From positions 1-64,000 of IMG/VR virus record IMGVR_UViG_3300016482_000089: a stretch of DNA of 64,000 nt; one strand, written 5' to 3'. This document shows positions 1 through 13,769 of this stretch, piece after piece (position 1 is the stretch's first letter; every line of letters begins with the position of its first letter). The stretch comes from a virus. Lineage: Duplodnaviria > Caudoviricetes. Below the pieces are notes generated by a model. That model was not told the origin of the DNA. It searched no databases and saw nothing but the letters and a program-made list of their open reading frames with translations. Made by a program: the position numbers and the translations under genes.

Positions 1-243
1 GCGCCCCACGGCGCCGCCTGCCCCACCCCGCCCACCGCGCCCGCCCAAGGTGACGGCGTGAGCGAGGGGGGCGCCGCGCCAGCCGCCGGCGGCGGCTGGA
101 CGCAATCCGCCGGGGCCTTCTCGGGCCTGACGGCCACCGACCTGGCGGCGCGCCGGCGGCGCGTGCCGCTGCTGCTGAACCAGCCGCTACCGCACTTCGC
201 GCGTCGTCGCCGGAAGGGGGACGCAGCAAGGAGAGAGCCGATC

Positions 244-1479
244 ATGAGCAAGGTCACCCACATCCTCGCCGCCCTCCAGCAGGCGGTGTCGGAGGGCGCC
301 CACCTGCCCGCCGACGAGCGTGACGCGCTGTTCAAGCGATCCTTCGAACAGGCCGGGGAGGAGCTGGCGAAGGCGGTCGCGCCGCAGCTGCCCGCGCCCG
401 GCGAGACCGACCACGTCACCCTGCTCGGCACCCACCTCCGCGCCGCGGAGGAGGCGGTGCGCGCGATCGAGGCCGGCGAGGCGCTGCTGGTCGGCGGCTC
501 CGGCCCCTCCGGCGAGGCGCTGACGCTGGCGAAGGCCTGGCTCGACCTGGGCGAGATCGCGCTGGTGACCATGGCCGCCGAGCAGGCCGCGCCGGTCGGC
601 GAGAACGAGCAGCCGGGCGAGGGCCTGCAGCTGGTGAAGGTGGCGCTCGGCGAGGGCGACGGCGCCGGCGAGGTCCTCGTGAAGACCGCGCTGCCCGAGC
701 ACCTGCACGGGCTGATCGCGCCGCCCGACGCCATCGCCTTCGAGATCGCCGCGCTCGGCCGCTCGCTCTACGACTTCGCCGGCGGCGACGCCTTGGCGAA
801 AGGCTACGACGAGGGGGACGAGGAGGACGAGGGCGACGAGCCGCCGATGGAGGACGGGGACGACATGGGCGACGAGCCCGAGGGCGGCCTCGCGGACGGG
901 CTGCAGACGCTCGCCAAGATCGGCCAGATGGCGGTCATGCAGGTGGCCGCGATCAAGGACGAGATCGGCGACGGCGAGGAGCTGGACGGCGAGGCCGGGG
1001 AGATGTCGGCGCTCGACGCCATCGCCGCGCACGGCACCTTCATCACCCAGCAGGCGGACATGCTGATGCGCGCCGCCGCCGGCGACATCGAGGAGGAGGA
1101 GATGGCGCCGGAGGACCTCGAGCGCGGCGCCAAGGCCGGCGACCTGAAGAAGGGCGAGGCCGGGGGCGACACGCCGCCGGCGGCCGCCGAGCCGAAGCCC
1201 GATCCGCGCGTCGACGCGCTGGAGAAGGCCCTCGCCGAGACGCGCGAGCAGCTGGCGAAGCTGCAGGGCCAGCCGGCCGACCCGAAGGGCGTCCTGAAGG
1301 CCGCCGGCATCGCGATGACGAAGCAGGCCGACAACGGCGGCGGAGAGCAGCCCCGGACCGTCGAGGAGATGGCCGACGACCTCATGAAGATGGACCCGAA
1401 GGACCGCGCGAACGCCCTCTTCAAAATGGCGCTCGCGGCTCCGGTCGCGGTCCTCGGCGGCACCCAGCCCCAGGGCTGA
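244..1479 (+). CDS. Acidic, putative head scaffolding/assembly protein (alternative GTG start at 58)
   Basis: D/E-rich low-complexity stretches and C-terminal coiled coil, directly upstream of the capsid gene; AGGAGAG before ATG 244. Confidence 0.45.
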   Translation: MSKVTHILAALQQAVSEGAHLPADERDALFKRSFEQAGEELAKAVAPQLPAPGETDHVTLLGTHLRAAEEAVRAIEAGEALLVGGSGPSGEALTLAKAWLDLGEIALVTMAAEQAAPVGENEQPGEGLQLVKVALGEGDGAGEVLVKTALPEHLHGLIAPPDAIAFEIAALGRSLYDFAGGDALAKGYDEGDEEDEGDEPPMEDGDDMGDEPEGGLADGLQTLAKIGQMAVMQVAAIKDEIGDGEELDGEAGEMSALDAIAAHGTFITQQADMLMRAAAGDIEEEEMAPEDLERGAKAGDLKKGEAGGDTPPAAAEPKPDPRVDALEKALAETREQLAKLQGQPADPKGVLKAAGIAMTKQADNGGGEQPRTVEEMADDLMKMDPKDRANALFKMALAAPVAVLGGTQPQG

Positions 1480-1716
1480 CGCCCCACCAGGTTGCGCGCG
1501 GCGCCTCGGCGCCGTTGCGCCTCGCCCGCGGTCGCGCCGCGGGCCCCGCTCGTCAATCGCCGGCCTGAGCACCCGGCACCCATGACCCGCCCGTCCTGAA
1601 GGCCACCCCGGTCGCCATGCGCCCGGGGCCTTCGGCGTGCGCGGTCCACGCCCCGTCCATGCCGCTGGGGCGCGGCGACCAGGGCCCGTCATCGGTCCCT
1701 CTGGACACCCGCTACG

Positions 1717-3237
1717 ATGTTCGACTCCACCGCGCTCTCCACCTCGCTGGAGAGCATGCGGCAGGCGCTCGCCAAGGCGCTGCCGCAGTCCGAACTGGCG
1801 AAGGCCTGGACGCAGTCCGCCTCGCCCACCTCCGGCCTCACGATGTACGCCCTCGAGGCGCCGGCCAAGCTCCTGGTCCCCCAGGTGACGCCGCTGCGCA
1901 ACGAGATCCCGCGCGTCACGGCGGGTCAGGGCATCCAGGCCAACTGGCGCGCGATCACGGGCGTAAACACGGGTCTGCTTTCCATCGGCGTGTCGGAAGG
2001 CCGCCGTGGTGGCGTCTCGACCGACCAGACGGCGGACTACTTCGCGAAGTTCGTCCAGCTCGGCATCGAGAACTCGGTGACCTTCGAGGCCCAGCTGGCC
2101 GGCGAGGGCTTCGACGACGTCCGCGCGCGCGCCAGCCAGGCGACGCTGATGGCGATGATGATCGGCGAGGAGCAGGTGCTGCTCGCCGGCCAGGGCACCT
2201 GGGGCTTCGGCCAGACCCCGGCGCCGTCGCTGGCCGCCGCCAACACCGGCGGCGCGCTGCCGGCGAGCTCCGCGGTCCACGTCCGCGTCGTCGCCCTCAC
2301 GCTCGAGGGCTACATGGCGGCGCGCGCCGGCACCGTCCGCGCGCAGGTCTCCCGTGCCAACGCCGACGGCACGACCGAGACCTACGGCGGCGGCTCCGCG
2401 CGTGCCTCGAACAGCGCCACCGTCAACACCGCGGCCGGCACCAACACCAACCGCGTGGACGCCACCGTGGCCCCGGTGACGGGCGCGGTCGGCTATGCGT
2501 GGTTCGTCGGCAACGTCGACGGCCAGGCGGCGAACCTGCGCCTCGCGGCGGTGACGACGATCAACTCGCTGTCGATCACCGCGATGCCCGACGGCGGGGC
2601 CCAGGCGCTGCCGGCGGACCTGGTCGCCAACGACCGCTCCGCCAACGACCGCTACCACGATGGCCTGCTGGCCATCGCGGCGAAGTCCGGCTCCAACGCC
2701 TACATCCGCGCGCTGCCGACCGGCACGGCGGGCGTGGGCACGGCGCTGACCAGCGACGGCGCGGGCGGCATCGTCGAGATCGACGACGCGCTCCGCTGGT
2801 ACTGGGACGTGCTGCGGATGAGCCCCACGAAGATCTGGGTCTCGTCGCAGGAGATGGGGACGATCCGGAAGAAGGTGCTGGCCGCTGGCTCCGCGGCGAC
2901 CCAGCGCTTCACCTTCGTCGCCCAGCAGGGCCAGCTGACCGCCGCCTCGATGGTCCGCGGCTACCTGAACCAGTACGCGATGGGCGGGCCGGCCGAGATC
3001 CCGATCCAGATCCATCCGTACCTGCCGCCGGGGACGATGATGTTCGAGGCGACGGCCATCCCGTACCCGATGAGCGGGGTGGCGCAGGTGCGCCGGGTGC
3101 TCTGCCGCCGCGACTACTACCAGATCGAATGGCCGCTGCGCACCCGCATGCACGAGTTCGGAGTCTACTCCGACCAGGTGCTGCAGCACTACTTCCCGCC
3201 GTCGCTCGGCATCATCCACAACATCGCGCCGGGCTGA
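1717..3237 (+). CDS. Major capsid protein
   Basis: 506 aa; LEAPAKLLVPQVTPLRNEIPRV and RRDYYQIEWPLRTR...GVYSDQVL motifs resemble a capsid family I recall from alphaproteobacterial prophages; position before neck genes. Confidence 0.75.
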   Translation: MFDSTALSTSLESMRQALAKALPQSELAKAWTQSASPTSGLTMYALEAPAKLLVPQVTPLRNEIPRVTAGQGIQANWRAITGVNTGLLSIGVSEGRRGGVSTDQTADYFAKFVQLGIENSVTFEAQLAGEGFDDVRARASQATLMAMMIGEEQVLLAGQGTWGFGQTPAPSLAAANTGGALPASSAVHVRVVALTLEGYMAARAGTVRAQVSRANADGTTETYGGGSARASNSATVNTAAGTNTNRVDATVAPVTGAVGYAWFVGNVDGQAANLRLAAVTTINSLSITAMPDGGAQALPADLVANDRSANDRYHDGLLAIAAKSGSNAYIRALPTGTAGVGTALTSDGAGGIVEIDDALRWYWDVLRMSPTKIWVSSQEMGTIRKKVLAAGSAATQRFTFVAQQGQLTAASMVRGYLNQYAMGGPAEIPIQIHPYLPPGTMMFEATAIPYPMSGVAQVRRVLCRRDYYQIEWPLRTRMHEFGVYSDQVLQHYFPPSLGIIHNIAPG

Positions 3238-3255
3238 TACTGCCCGGTGACTGGG

Positions 3256-3282
3256 AGGGGGCGGGGAAACCCGCCCCTTTCT
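3256..3282 (+). terminator. Intrinsic terminator after capsid gene
   Basis: GGGGCGGG-GAAA-CCCGCCCC followed by TTTCT. Confidence 0.6.
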
Positions 3283-3314
3283 GTATCCGTGAACATCACC
3301 GGAGCAAGACCGCC

Positions 3315-3644
3315 ATGCCCAAGTACACGACATCGCCGCCGGTCACCGGCATCTTCGTGCCGGATTTCGGGTCGTACTCTGCCGACGCCGACGGGATCTT
3401 CGAACTCCCCGCCGAGCCGCAGGTCGAGCAGGCCCTGGCCCAGCTCGGCATCACCCTCACCCTGGTGGAAGACCCCGCGCCCCCGGCCACGACCGGCGCC
3501 GGTGACCCGCCCGCCGACACGATCCCCTCCGGCGCCGACACCGTGCCCGCCAGCGACGCCGAGACCCTCCCGGGGGCCGAGGGCGCCGACACCATCCAGG
3601 CCGCCGAGCCGGCCGCCGGCCGCCGCCGGAAGGGCGCGACCTGA
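3315..3644 (+). CDS. Small head-associated hypothetical protein
   Basis: MPKYTTSPP...RRRKGAT; GGAG upstream; stop overlaps next start. Confidence 0.6.
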   Translation: MPKYTTSPPVTGIFVPDFGSYSADADGIFELPAEPQVEQALAQLGITLTLVEDPAPPATTGAGDPPADTIPSGADTVPASDAETLPGAEGADTIQAAEPAAGRRRKGAT

Positions 3645-4180
3645 TGCCGGCCCGGGCCTACGTCGAGCTCGCCGACATGAAGGCCTGGCTGGCCGAGGCC
3701 GGGGTCGAGCGTGACAGCGAGATCCAGCGCGCCATCGAGGTCGCCTCGCAGATGGTCGAGCGCTGGTGCGGCCGCGACTTCGCCTCCGACACGGTGACCG
3801 AGCAGCTCATCGGCAACGGCGCGTTCTACATCTTCCCGGCGCGTACCCCGATCACCGCGGTCTCCTCCGTCACCATCGACGGCCAGGCGATCCCCTTCCG
3901 CTTCGACATCATGGGCATCAAGCGCACCGACGGCGGGCGGTTCGGCATCCACGACACCGTCGTCGTCACCTACACCGGCGGCTACGACGTCATCCCCGAC
4001 GACGTCGTGCACGCCACCAAGATCACCGCCCAGGCCGTGCTCGGCGCGCCCGCGACCGACCCGAACCTGGCCTACGAGAACGCCGCCGGCTTCGGCGCCT
4101 TCAGCTACGCCCCGCAGGGCCCCGGCGCCCTGCCGCGCGCCGCCATGACCCTCCTCGAAGGCGTGAGGCGCCGCCACTGA
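3644..4180 (+). CDS. Head-tail connector (adaptor) protein
   Basis: YVELADMKAWL...ASQMVERWCGRDF, V.YTGGY..IPDDV..A pattern; synteny. Confidence 0.75.
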   Translation: MPARAYVELADMKAWLAEAGVERDSEIQRAIEVASQMVERWCGRDFASDTVTEQLIGNGAFYIFPARTPITAVSSVTIDGQAIPFRFDIMGIKRTDGGRFGIHDTVVVTYTGGYDVIPDDVVHATKITAQAVLGAPATDPNLAYENAAGFGAFSYAPQGPGALPRAAMTLLEGVRRRH

Positions 4181-4773
4181 TGAGCGCCCGCTCCTTCCAC
4201 TACCAGCGGCGCGCCGCGGTCCTCATGCGCGTCAACGCCGTCTGGGTGACCTACCGGCGCGTCACCCGCCTCGACGGCGCCTACCCGGCGGCGAACCCGC
4301 CCCGCATCACCGGCAGCCTCGTCGCGGCCGGCGCCCAGATCGCCGGCGCCGCGACCCTCGCCATCCGGGCCGAGCGCCTGCAGGGGCGCCTGATCCCGGG
4401 CGACCGTCTCGGCGTCGGCGGCACCACCTACGCCGTGGCGAGCCCCGTCACCGACGCCGGCGCGAACACCATCGCCGTGCCGATCAGCCCGGCCCTCGCC
4501 GCCCCGGTGGCCGACGGCGCCGCCGTCACCGCCACCTGGTCGGCCGACAGCCGCATCCCCTCCCGCCGCCAGGACTTCGGCCTGCGGCTGATCGACGGGG
4601 AGATGATCCAGCGCGGCGACCAGCGCTTCACCGTCGCCCACAACGACCTCGCCGCCGAGCCGCAGCCGCAGGACCAGATCATCCTCGAGGACGGCAAGAT
4701 CCTGGTCGTCGTCGGGGCCATCCCTGCACGGATGGATGGCGACCCGATCACCTGGGACATCCAGGCCCGATGA
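4180..4773 (+). CDS. Head closure/joining protein
   Basis: ATG overlaps previous TGA; C-terminal IQRGDQRF...PQDQIILEDG...WDIQAR. Confidence 0.55.
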   Translation: MSARSFHYQRRAAVLMRVNAVWVTYRRVTRLDGAYPAANPPRITGSLVAAGAQIAGAATLAIRAERLQGRLIPGDRLGVGGTTYAVASPVTDAGANTIAVPISPALAAPVADGAAVTATWSADSRIPSRRQDFGLRLIDGEMIQRGDQRFTVAHNDLAAEPQPQDQIILEDGKILVVVGAIPARMDGDPITWDIQAR

Positions 4774-5363
4774 ACGACTTCGCCTTCGACGTCTCCGCCT
4801 GGTGCGACCGGGCGGAGGCGAAGGCGCGCGAGGTATTCCTGGCGATCGGGCTCGACGCGCTGACCCGCGTGAAGGAACTCACCCCCGTCCGCACCGGCAA
4901 CCTCCGGGCCGGCTGGCAGATCGTCCGCAAGGAGGACGCCCTGCCGGTGGACCGGGAGGTGATCGGCACCGCCGCCAGCGTCGCCGCCGGCTTCGGCGGC
5001 TCCTGGGCGGGCGCCAAGGCCGGCGCCGTCATCGGCACCGCGGCCCTCGGCCCCGGCGTCGGGACCGCGATCGGCGGCTTCGTGGGCGGCGTGGCGGGCG
5101 GCTTCGCGGCCGAGCAGGGCGCCTCCGCCGCGGTGGGCGCCGCCACCGCCCCGGCCGGCGTCCAGGGCGCGCAGCTGGGCGACACCCTCGTGATCCTGAA
5201 CCCGGTGGTCTACGCCCGGCGCGTCGAAGCCGGGTGGGAGATCCAGCGGAAGGACGGCGGCACCACGAAGGTGGAGGGCCGCGGCATGATGGCGCAGACC
5301 GTCTCCGAGCTGCCCCGCATCGCCGACGCCGCCCTGGCGCGCATCGCCCGGGGAGGCGCCTGA
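4770..5363 (+). CDS. HK97 gp10-like neck/tail-completion protein with glycine-zipper insertion
   Basis: TPVRTGNLRAGW and ILNPVVYARRVEAG motifs flank a ~70-aa GxxxG-rich insert. Confidence 0.7.
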   Translation: MNDFAFDVSAWCDRAEAKAREVFLAIGLDALTRVKELTPVRTGNLRAGWQIVRKEDALPVDREVIGTAASVAAGFGGSWAGAKAGAVIGTAALGPGVGTAIGGFVGGVAGGFAAEQGASAAVGAATAPAGVQGAQLGDTLVILNPVVYARRVEAGWEIQRKDGGTTKVEGRGMMAQTVSELPRIADAALARIARGGA

Positions 5364-5761
5364 TGCTCACCGACATCACCCGCGCCATCACCCAGCGCAT
5401 CGAGGCCGCGGTCACCGGCGAGATCGCCTGGCCGGACCGCGGCTACGACCCGCGCCTGGGCGTCCCCTACACCCAGGTCCGCTTCGCGGGGCGCGACCGC
5501 CGCGCCGCCGGCGTCGGCCCGACCGCGCCGAAGATCTGGCAGGGGGTGCTCTACCTGGTCGTCCACGAGCCGCCCGGCGGCGGCATGGTCGCGGCCGACC
5601 AGCGCGCCCAGGCGGTCGCCGAGGCCTTCCCCCGCGGCCTGTCGCTGGTGTCCGGCGCCGCGACCGTGATCGTCGAGGACTGCTCGATCCAGGCCCCGCA
5701 GTCCGCCGCCGACTGGGTGGCGGTGCCGGTGGCGGTCTTCTGGACCTGCATGGAGCCCTAA
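5363..5761 (+). CDS. Tail terminator protein (DUF4128-like)
   Basis: IAWPDRGYDP...YTQVRF...QGVLYLVVHEPPGGG...AVAEAFPRG pattern; just before tail tube. Confidence 0.7.
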   Translation: MLTDITRAITQRIEAAVTGEIAWPDRGYDPRLGVPYTQVRFAGRDRRAAGVGPTAPKIWQGVLYLVVHEPPGGGMVAADQRAQAVAEAFPRGLSLVSGAATVIVEDCSIQAPQSAADWVAVPVAVFWTCMEP

Positions 5762-5771
5762 GGAGAACCCC

Positions 5772-5990
5772 ATGGCGCGTCGCTACGCCGTCGAACACGA
5801 CTTCACCTGTGGCCAGTGGAGCTATCGCGAGGGCGAGGTCCTCTCGGAGGACGACCTCGCCGTCCGCGGCATGTCCGAAGACCAGCTCGCGCACTTCAAG
5901 CGCCGCGGCGGCATCCGGGAGATGACCGACGCGGCGCCGGAAGCCGAGGCCCCGGCACCCGCCGCGGCGGACGACGACCCGACCTACTGA
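5772..5990 (+). CDS. Small hypothetical structural-region protein
   Basis: AAGGAG RBS, 72 aa ORF. Confidence 0.6.
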   Translation: MARRYAVEHDFTCGQWSYREGEVLSEDDLAVRGMSEDQLAHFKRRGGIREMTDAAPEAEAPAPAAADDDPTY

Positions 5991-6077
5991 CCCGCGCGCC
6001 CCCGGCGCGCTCCCCGATCACCCGCAGGCCCGCACCCGTGAGGGGCGGGCCTTCCTCGTTCTGGAAGGACCCGTCCC

Positions 6078-7307
6078 ATGACCGCGACGTCCTACGCCCG
6101 CGGCGTCCGCCGCCAGCTCATCATCGGCAAGCAGGCCGCCCTCGACACCCTGGCGCCGACCAACTCGGGCCGCCAGCTGCGCCGCGTCAGCGCGACGCCG
6201 AACATCATCCGCGACGCCTTCACCAGCCAGGAGATCCTGCCCTCGCAGCAGCTCCGCGACGCCCGCCTCGGCGCGCGCCGCACGCCGCTGGCCTTCGCGG
6301 GGCAGTTCTCGCCGGGCTCCTTCAACGAGTTCATCGAGGGGATGCTGCGGCGCGACTACTCGGCCGGCGTCTCGGCCACCGGCATGACGGTGACCGCGGT
6401 GGCGGGGCCGCCCGGCACCTTCACCCGCGCCGCCGGCAGCTGGCTCGCCGATGGCTTCAAGGTGGGCGACGTGGTCCGCTTCACCGGCTTCACCTCCGGC
6501 GCCGCGGCGAACAACGCGCGCAACTACCGCATCACCGACCTGACGGCGACCGTCATGACGGTCACCGGCGTGGCGAAGGAGGTGGTCGTCGCCGCCGCGA
6601 GCGCCGCGGGCATCGGCTGCTCGGTGACCGGCAAGAAGACCTTCATCCCGGCCGCGAACCACATCTACACCCCCTACACCATCGAGGACCTGCAGCCGGA
6701 CACCATCCCGGTCTCCTCGCACCGGTACCAGGACATGCGGATGCAGGCCTTCATCATCCGCCTGCCCGCCACCGGCCTGGCGACGATCGAGGCCCAGATG
6801 ATCGGCCGCGACCGCCAGAAGGGCACGGCCGCCCACTTCGTGAACCCGGCCGAGCCGAACGCGAGGAACAGCTTCGCGGGCGTCTCGGGCCTGGTGCGCG
6901 TGAACGGCGCCGACATCGCGACCGTGACCAGCGCCACCCTCCAGATCAGCTGCCCCGTGGAGGCCATTCCCTGCATCGGGACCGACAAGGTGCCCGACAA
7001 CTTCCAGGGCGTGATCGGCGTGCAGATGCAGCTGTCGCTCTACTTCACCGACGACACCTTCATGGACCTCTACGACGCCGAAACCGAGTTCGACGTGTCG
7101 GTGATGCTGAACTCGGACACCACGGTGAACAGCGACTTCGTGCAGATCGTGACGAACCGCGTGAAGCTGCTCGGCCTCCAGAAGAACGACAGCGATCGCG
7201 CCATCATCCAGTCGGCGCAGGTGCAGGTGCTCGAGCACGTCACCGGCGCCGGCGCGGGCACCAAGTACGAAGCGACCACCATCTCCATCCAGGACAGCGC
7301 CGCGTAA
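6078..7307 (+). CDS. Major tail tube protein
   Basis: 409 aa, beta-rich, with internal Ig-like insertion; precedes chaperone and tape measure genes. Confidence 0.75.
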   Translation: MTATSYARGVRRQLIIGKQAALDTLAPTNSGRQLRRVSATPNIIRDAFTSQEILPSQQLRDARLGARRTPLAFAGQFSPGSFNEFIEGMLRRDYSAGVSATGMTVTAVAGPPGTFTRAAGSWLADGFKVGDVVRFTGFTSGAAANNARNYRITDLTATVMTVTGVAKEVVVAAASAAGIGCSVTGKKTFIPAANHIYTPYTIEDLQPDTIPVSSHRYQDMRMQAFIIRLPATGLATIEAQMIGRDRQKGTAAHFVNPAEPNARNSFAGVSGLVRVNGADIATVTSATLQISCPVEAIPCIGTDKVPDNFQGVIGVQMQLSLYFTDDTFMDLYDAETEFDVSVMLNSDTTVNSDFVQIVTNRVKLLGLQKNDSDRAIIQSAQVQVLEHVTGAGAGTKYEATTISIQDSAA

Positions 7308-7333
7308 GGCGCAGAGCAGGAGAACGCCGGCCC

Positions 7334-7759
7334 ATGGCCGATTTCGACATCCTCGCCACCGAGGTCCTCACCGGCTCCGAGGAGGGGCGGCCGATGGTGC
7401 TCTCGCACCCGGCCACCGGCCGGCCCTTCCTCGACGCCGAGAAGAAGCCGGTGGCGGTCTACATGCGCGGCCGACACTCCGCGGTCGCGCGGGCGGTGCT
7501 GCGGGAGATCAACGACGAGCGCGCCGCCATCCAGGCGGACGGGCGCGTCGTCACGCCCGAGCAGAACGAGGCCTTCAACACCCGCTACCTGGTGGCCATG
7601 ACGGTCCGCTGGACCTGGACGAAGCTCGGCGGCGAGGACTTCCCCTACTCGCCGGACAACGCCGAGCGCTTCTGGTCCGACCCGCGCTTCCGGCACTGGC
7701 GCGAGCGCGGGCTGATCTTCGTGGCCGAGGACGGGAATTTTTTGGCCGCCTCCGCCTGA
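7334..7759 (+). CDS. Tail assembly chaperone (gpG-like)
   Basis: AGGAG RBS; MADFDILATE...; slippery T TTT TTG near the 3' end. Confidence 0.75.
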   Translation: MADFDILATEVLTGSEEGRPMVLSHPATGRPFLDAEKKPVAVYMRGRHSAVARAVLREINDERAAIQADGRVVTPEQNEAFNTRYLVAMTVRWTWTKLGGEDFPYSPDNAERFWSDPRFRHWRERGLIFVAEDGNFLAASA

Positions 7760-8109
7760 GGATCCTGGCCTGGGGGCGGGCGGCCTTCGCGCTCGACGCA
7801 CCCCAGCCGGGCGGGGGGACGCTCCGGGACCACCTGCTGGCCGCCAAGCGCGCCGGCGCCGACCCGCCGGAGCTGAAGGTCCCCGAGCCGCCGCCGGAGC
7901 TGCACTTCCTGCTGCCGGTCTTCCACCGGCTGTCGCCGCGGCGGCCGATGGAGCAGGGGGTGCCGCTGCCGCTCCGGCACGGCGAGATCGAGGCCTTCTG
8001 CCGGCTCTCGGGCGTCCGGCTCCGGGAGTGGGAGCTGGAGGCGCTGGAGCTGCTGGACACCGCCTATCTGGCAGCCATGAACAGCGGCGGGGCGCAGGTC
8101 CACACCTGA
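7738..8109 (+). CDS. -1 frameshift extension of tail chaperone (gpGT-like)
   Basis: -1 frame from T TTT TTG (7738-7744) is open to TGA 8107-8109 and reads ...PLRHGEIEAFCRLSGVRLREWELEALELLDTAYL. Confidence 0.75.
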   Translation, partial: FFGRLRLRILAWGRAAFALDAPQPGGGTLRDHLLAAKRAGADPPELKVPEPPPELHFLLPVFHRLSPRRPMEQGVPLPLRHGEIEAFCRLSGVRLREWELEALELLDTAYLAAMNSGGAQVHT

Positions 8110-8112
8110 GGG

Positions 8113-8142
8113 TTGCGACGCGCCCGGCGATTTCGGTAGCAT
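8113..8142 (+). promoter_or_regulatory. Sigma70-type promoter of moron gene
   Basis: TTGCGA-N18-TAGCAT, 7 nt before ATG 8150 (leaderless). Confidence 0.55.
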
Positions 8143-8149
8143 CCCAACC

Positions 8150-8437
8150 ATGAGGTTGGGCCTGCTGATCCTGCTGGCGGCGCTGGCCGCCGCTCCCGCC
8201 GCCGCCCAGGACGGGCGGCGGTGGTTCCTGTCGCAGCACGCCGGGCCGGGGGCGCCGCGGTTCGATGGCCCCTACCCGAACGCGCAGGAGTGCGAGGCGA
8301 CACGGGCGACGGTCCTGCAGCAGAACCGCGACTTCGTCGCCCGCGAGGCGGCGAAGCCGAACCAGGTCGTCTACGTCGCCCGCCTGCGCCAGCAGCTGGC
8401 CGCCTTCGAGGGCGGCCTGATCTGCGAGCTGCGGTAG
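8150..8437 (+). CDS. Moron: small secreted protein with two Cys
   Basis: Signal peptide MRLGLLILLAALAAAPAAA-Q; own promoter and terminator, between chaperone and tape measure. Confidence 0.7.
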   Translation: MRLGLLILLAALAAAPAAAQDGRRWFLSQHAGPGAPRFDGPYPNAQECEATRATVLQQNRDFVAREAAKPNQVVYVARLRQQLAAFEGGLICELR

Positions 8438-8464
8438 CCCCACCCACCCATCCCTGAAACGCCG

Positions 8465-8498
8465 GAAGGCCCGCCCCCCGAGAGGGAGGCGGGCCTTC
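8465..8498 (+). terminator. Hairpin terminator after moron
   Basis: GAAGGCCCGCCCCCC-GAGA-GGGAGGCGGGCCTTC. Confidence 0.55.
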
Positions 8499-8517
8499 TG
8501 CATTGTGGGAGGCGCCG

Positions 8518-12584
<4,067 letters not shown>

Positions 12585-12585
<1 letters not shown>

Positions 12586-13028
12586 TGCCGATCAACCTCT
12601 CCGGCTCCGGCTGGACCGCGGTCATCGCCGACGACTTCTCGGCCACCGTCACCGGGCAGGTACCGAACACCCTCTGGTCCTTCCCGGTCTTCAAGCCGCC
12701 GCGAAATCCAGACGTGAACCCAGATTTCGCCGAGGAGCCGGAGGTGCACGCCGTGCGCTTCGGCGACGGCTACAGCCAGCGGAGCCCCAAGGGTCTGCAC
12801 CACATCGCCAAGGCGCTGCGGCTGCGCTGGGGGCTGCTCCCCACTGCCGAGGAGCAGGCGATCCGGACGTTCTTCCGCGAGCGCGCCGGCGTCAAGCCGT
12901 TCTGGTACGGCCTGCCCGGGAAGCGCATGTGGATCTGGCGCTGCACGCGCTGGTCGGGCGGGGAGCGCCTGTTCGAGGTCGACACGCTCTCGGCCGAGTT
13001 CGAGCGCGTCGTCGACATCGGGGCCTGA
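12585..13028 (+). CDS. Minor tail protein (lambda gpM-like)
   Basis: VRFGDGYSQRSPKGLH...FFRERAGVKPFWY motif. Confidence 0.85.
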
Positions 13029-13029
13029 C

Positions 13030-13767
13030 ATGGGCAGCAAGCACCTCCGACAGGCTCAGAAGGCCGCCACCGACCCGCTCGTCGATCTCTACGCCCTCGA
13101 CATCTCCCGCTATGGCGGCCCGGTCCTGCGGTGGACTCCCGGTCCCCTCGGCGGCGAGGGGCACAGCTTTCCCGGCGGTGGCGCCCCGGGAAAGGTCGTG
13201 TTCGCCGGGCAGACCTACGATCCCTTCCCGCTGATGATCGAGGGCATCACCTGGACGGTCCGCGGGGCCATGCCGCGCCCGCGGGTGACCGTGCCCGACA
13301 TCGACAGCTACGCCACCCAGCTGCTGCGCGGCTACGGCAACCTCCTCGGCTGCCCGGTCTCGCGGATCCGGGTCTTTGCGACGAACCTCGACGGCGGGGC
13401 CGACCCCGACCCCACCAGCTTCTTCGGGCCCGAGGTCTGGTACGTCGACCGCATCGCGCGCCATCACCCGGGCCTTGATGTCGTGCTCGAGCTGGCGAAC
13501 CCGCTCGACCTCCAGGGCAAGATGCTGCCTGGCCGCCAGGTGATCCGAGATGCCTGCACCCACGTCTACCGCAGGCACAACGGCACGAGCTTCACCCCGG
13601 GCACCTGCCCGTATGCCGGCAACTCCTACTGGAAGGCCGACGGCACGCCGACCCTCGTGCCTGGCGAGGACGCCTGCGGCAAGCGCCTGGCCGACTGCAA
13701 GCTCCGCTTCCCGGATGTGCCGCTGCCCACACGCGCCTTCCCGGGCGTCTCCAAGTACAGGACCTGA
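13030..13767 (+). CDS. Minor tail protein L
   Basis: LELANPLDLQGKMLPGRQVIRDAC...CPY...DACGKRLADCKLRF Fe-S Cys pattern. Confidence 0.9.
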   Translation: MGSKHLRQAQKAATDPLVDLYALDISRYGGPVLRWTPGPLGGEGHSFPGGGAPGKVVFAGQTYDPFPLMIEGITWTVRGAMPRPRVTVPDIDSYATQLLRGYGNLLGCPVSRIRVFATNLDGGADPDPTSFFGPEVWYVDRIARHHPGLDVVLELANPLDLQGKMLPGRQVIRDACTHVYRRHNGTSFTPGTCPYAGNSYWKADGTPTLVPGEDACGKRLADCKLRFPDVPLPTRAFPGVSKYRT

Positions 13768-13769
13768 CC

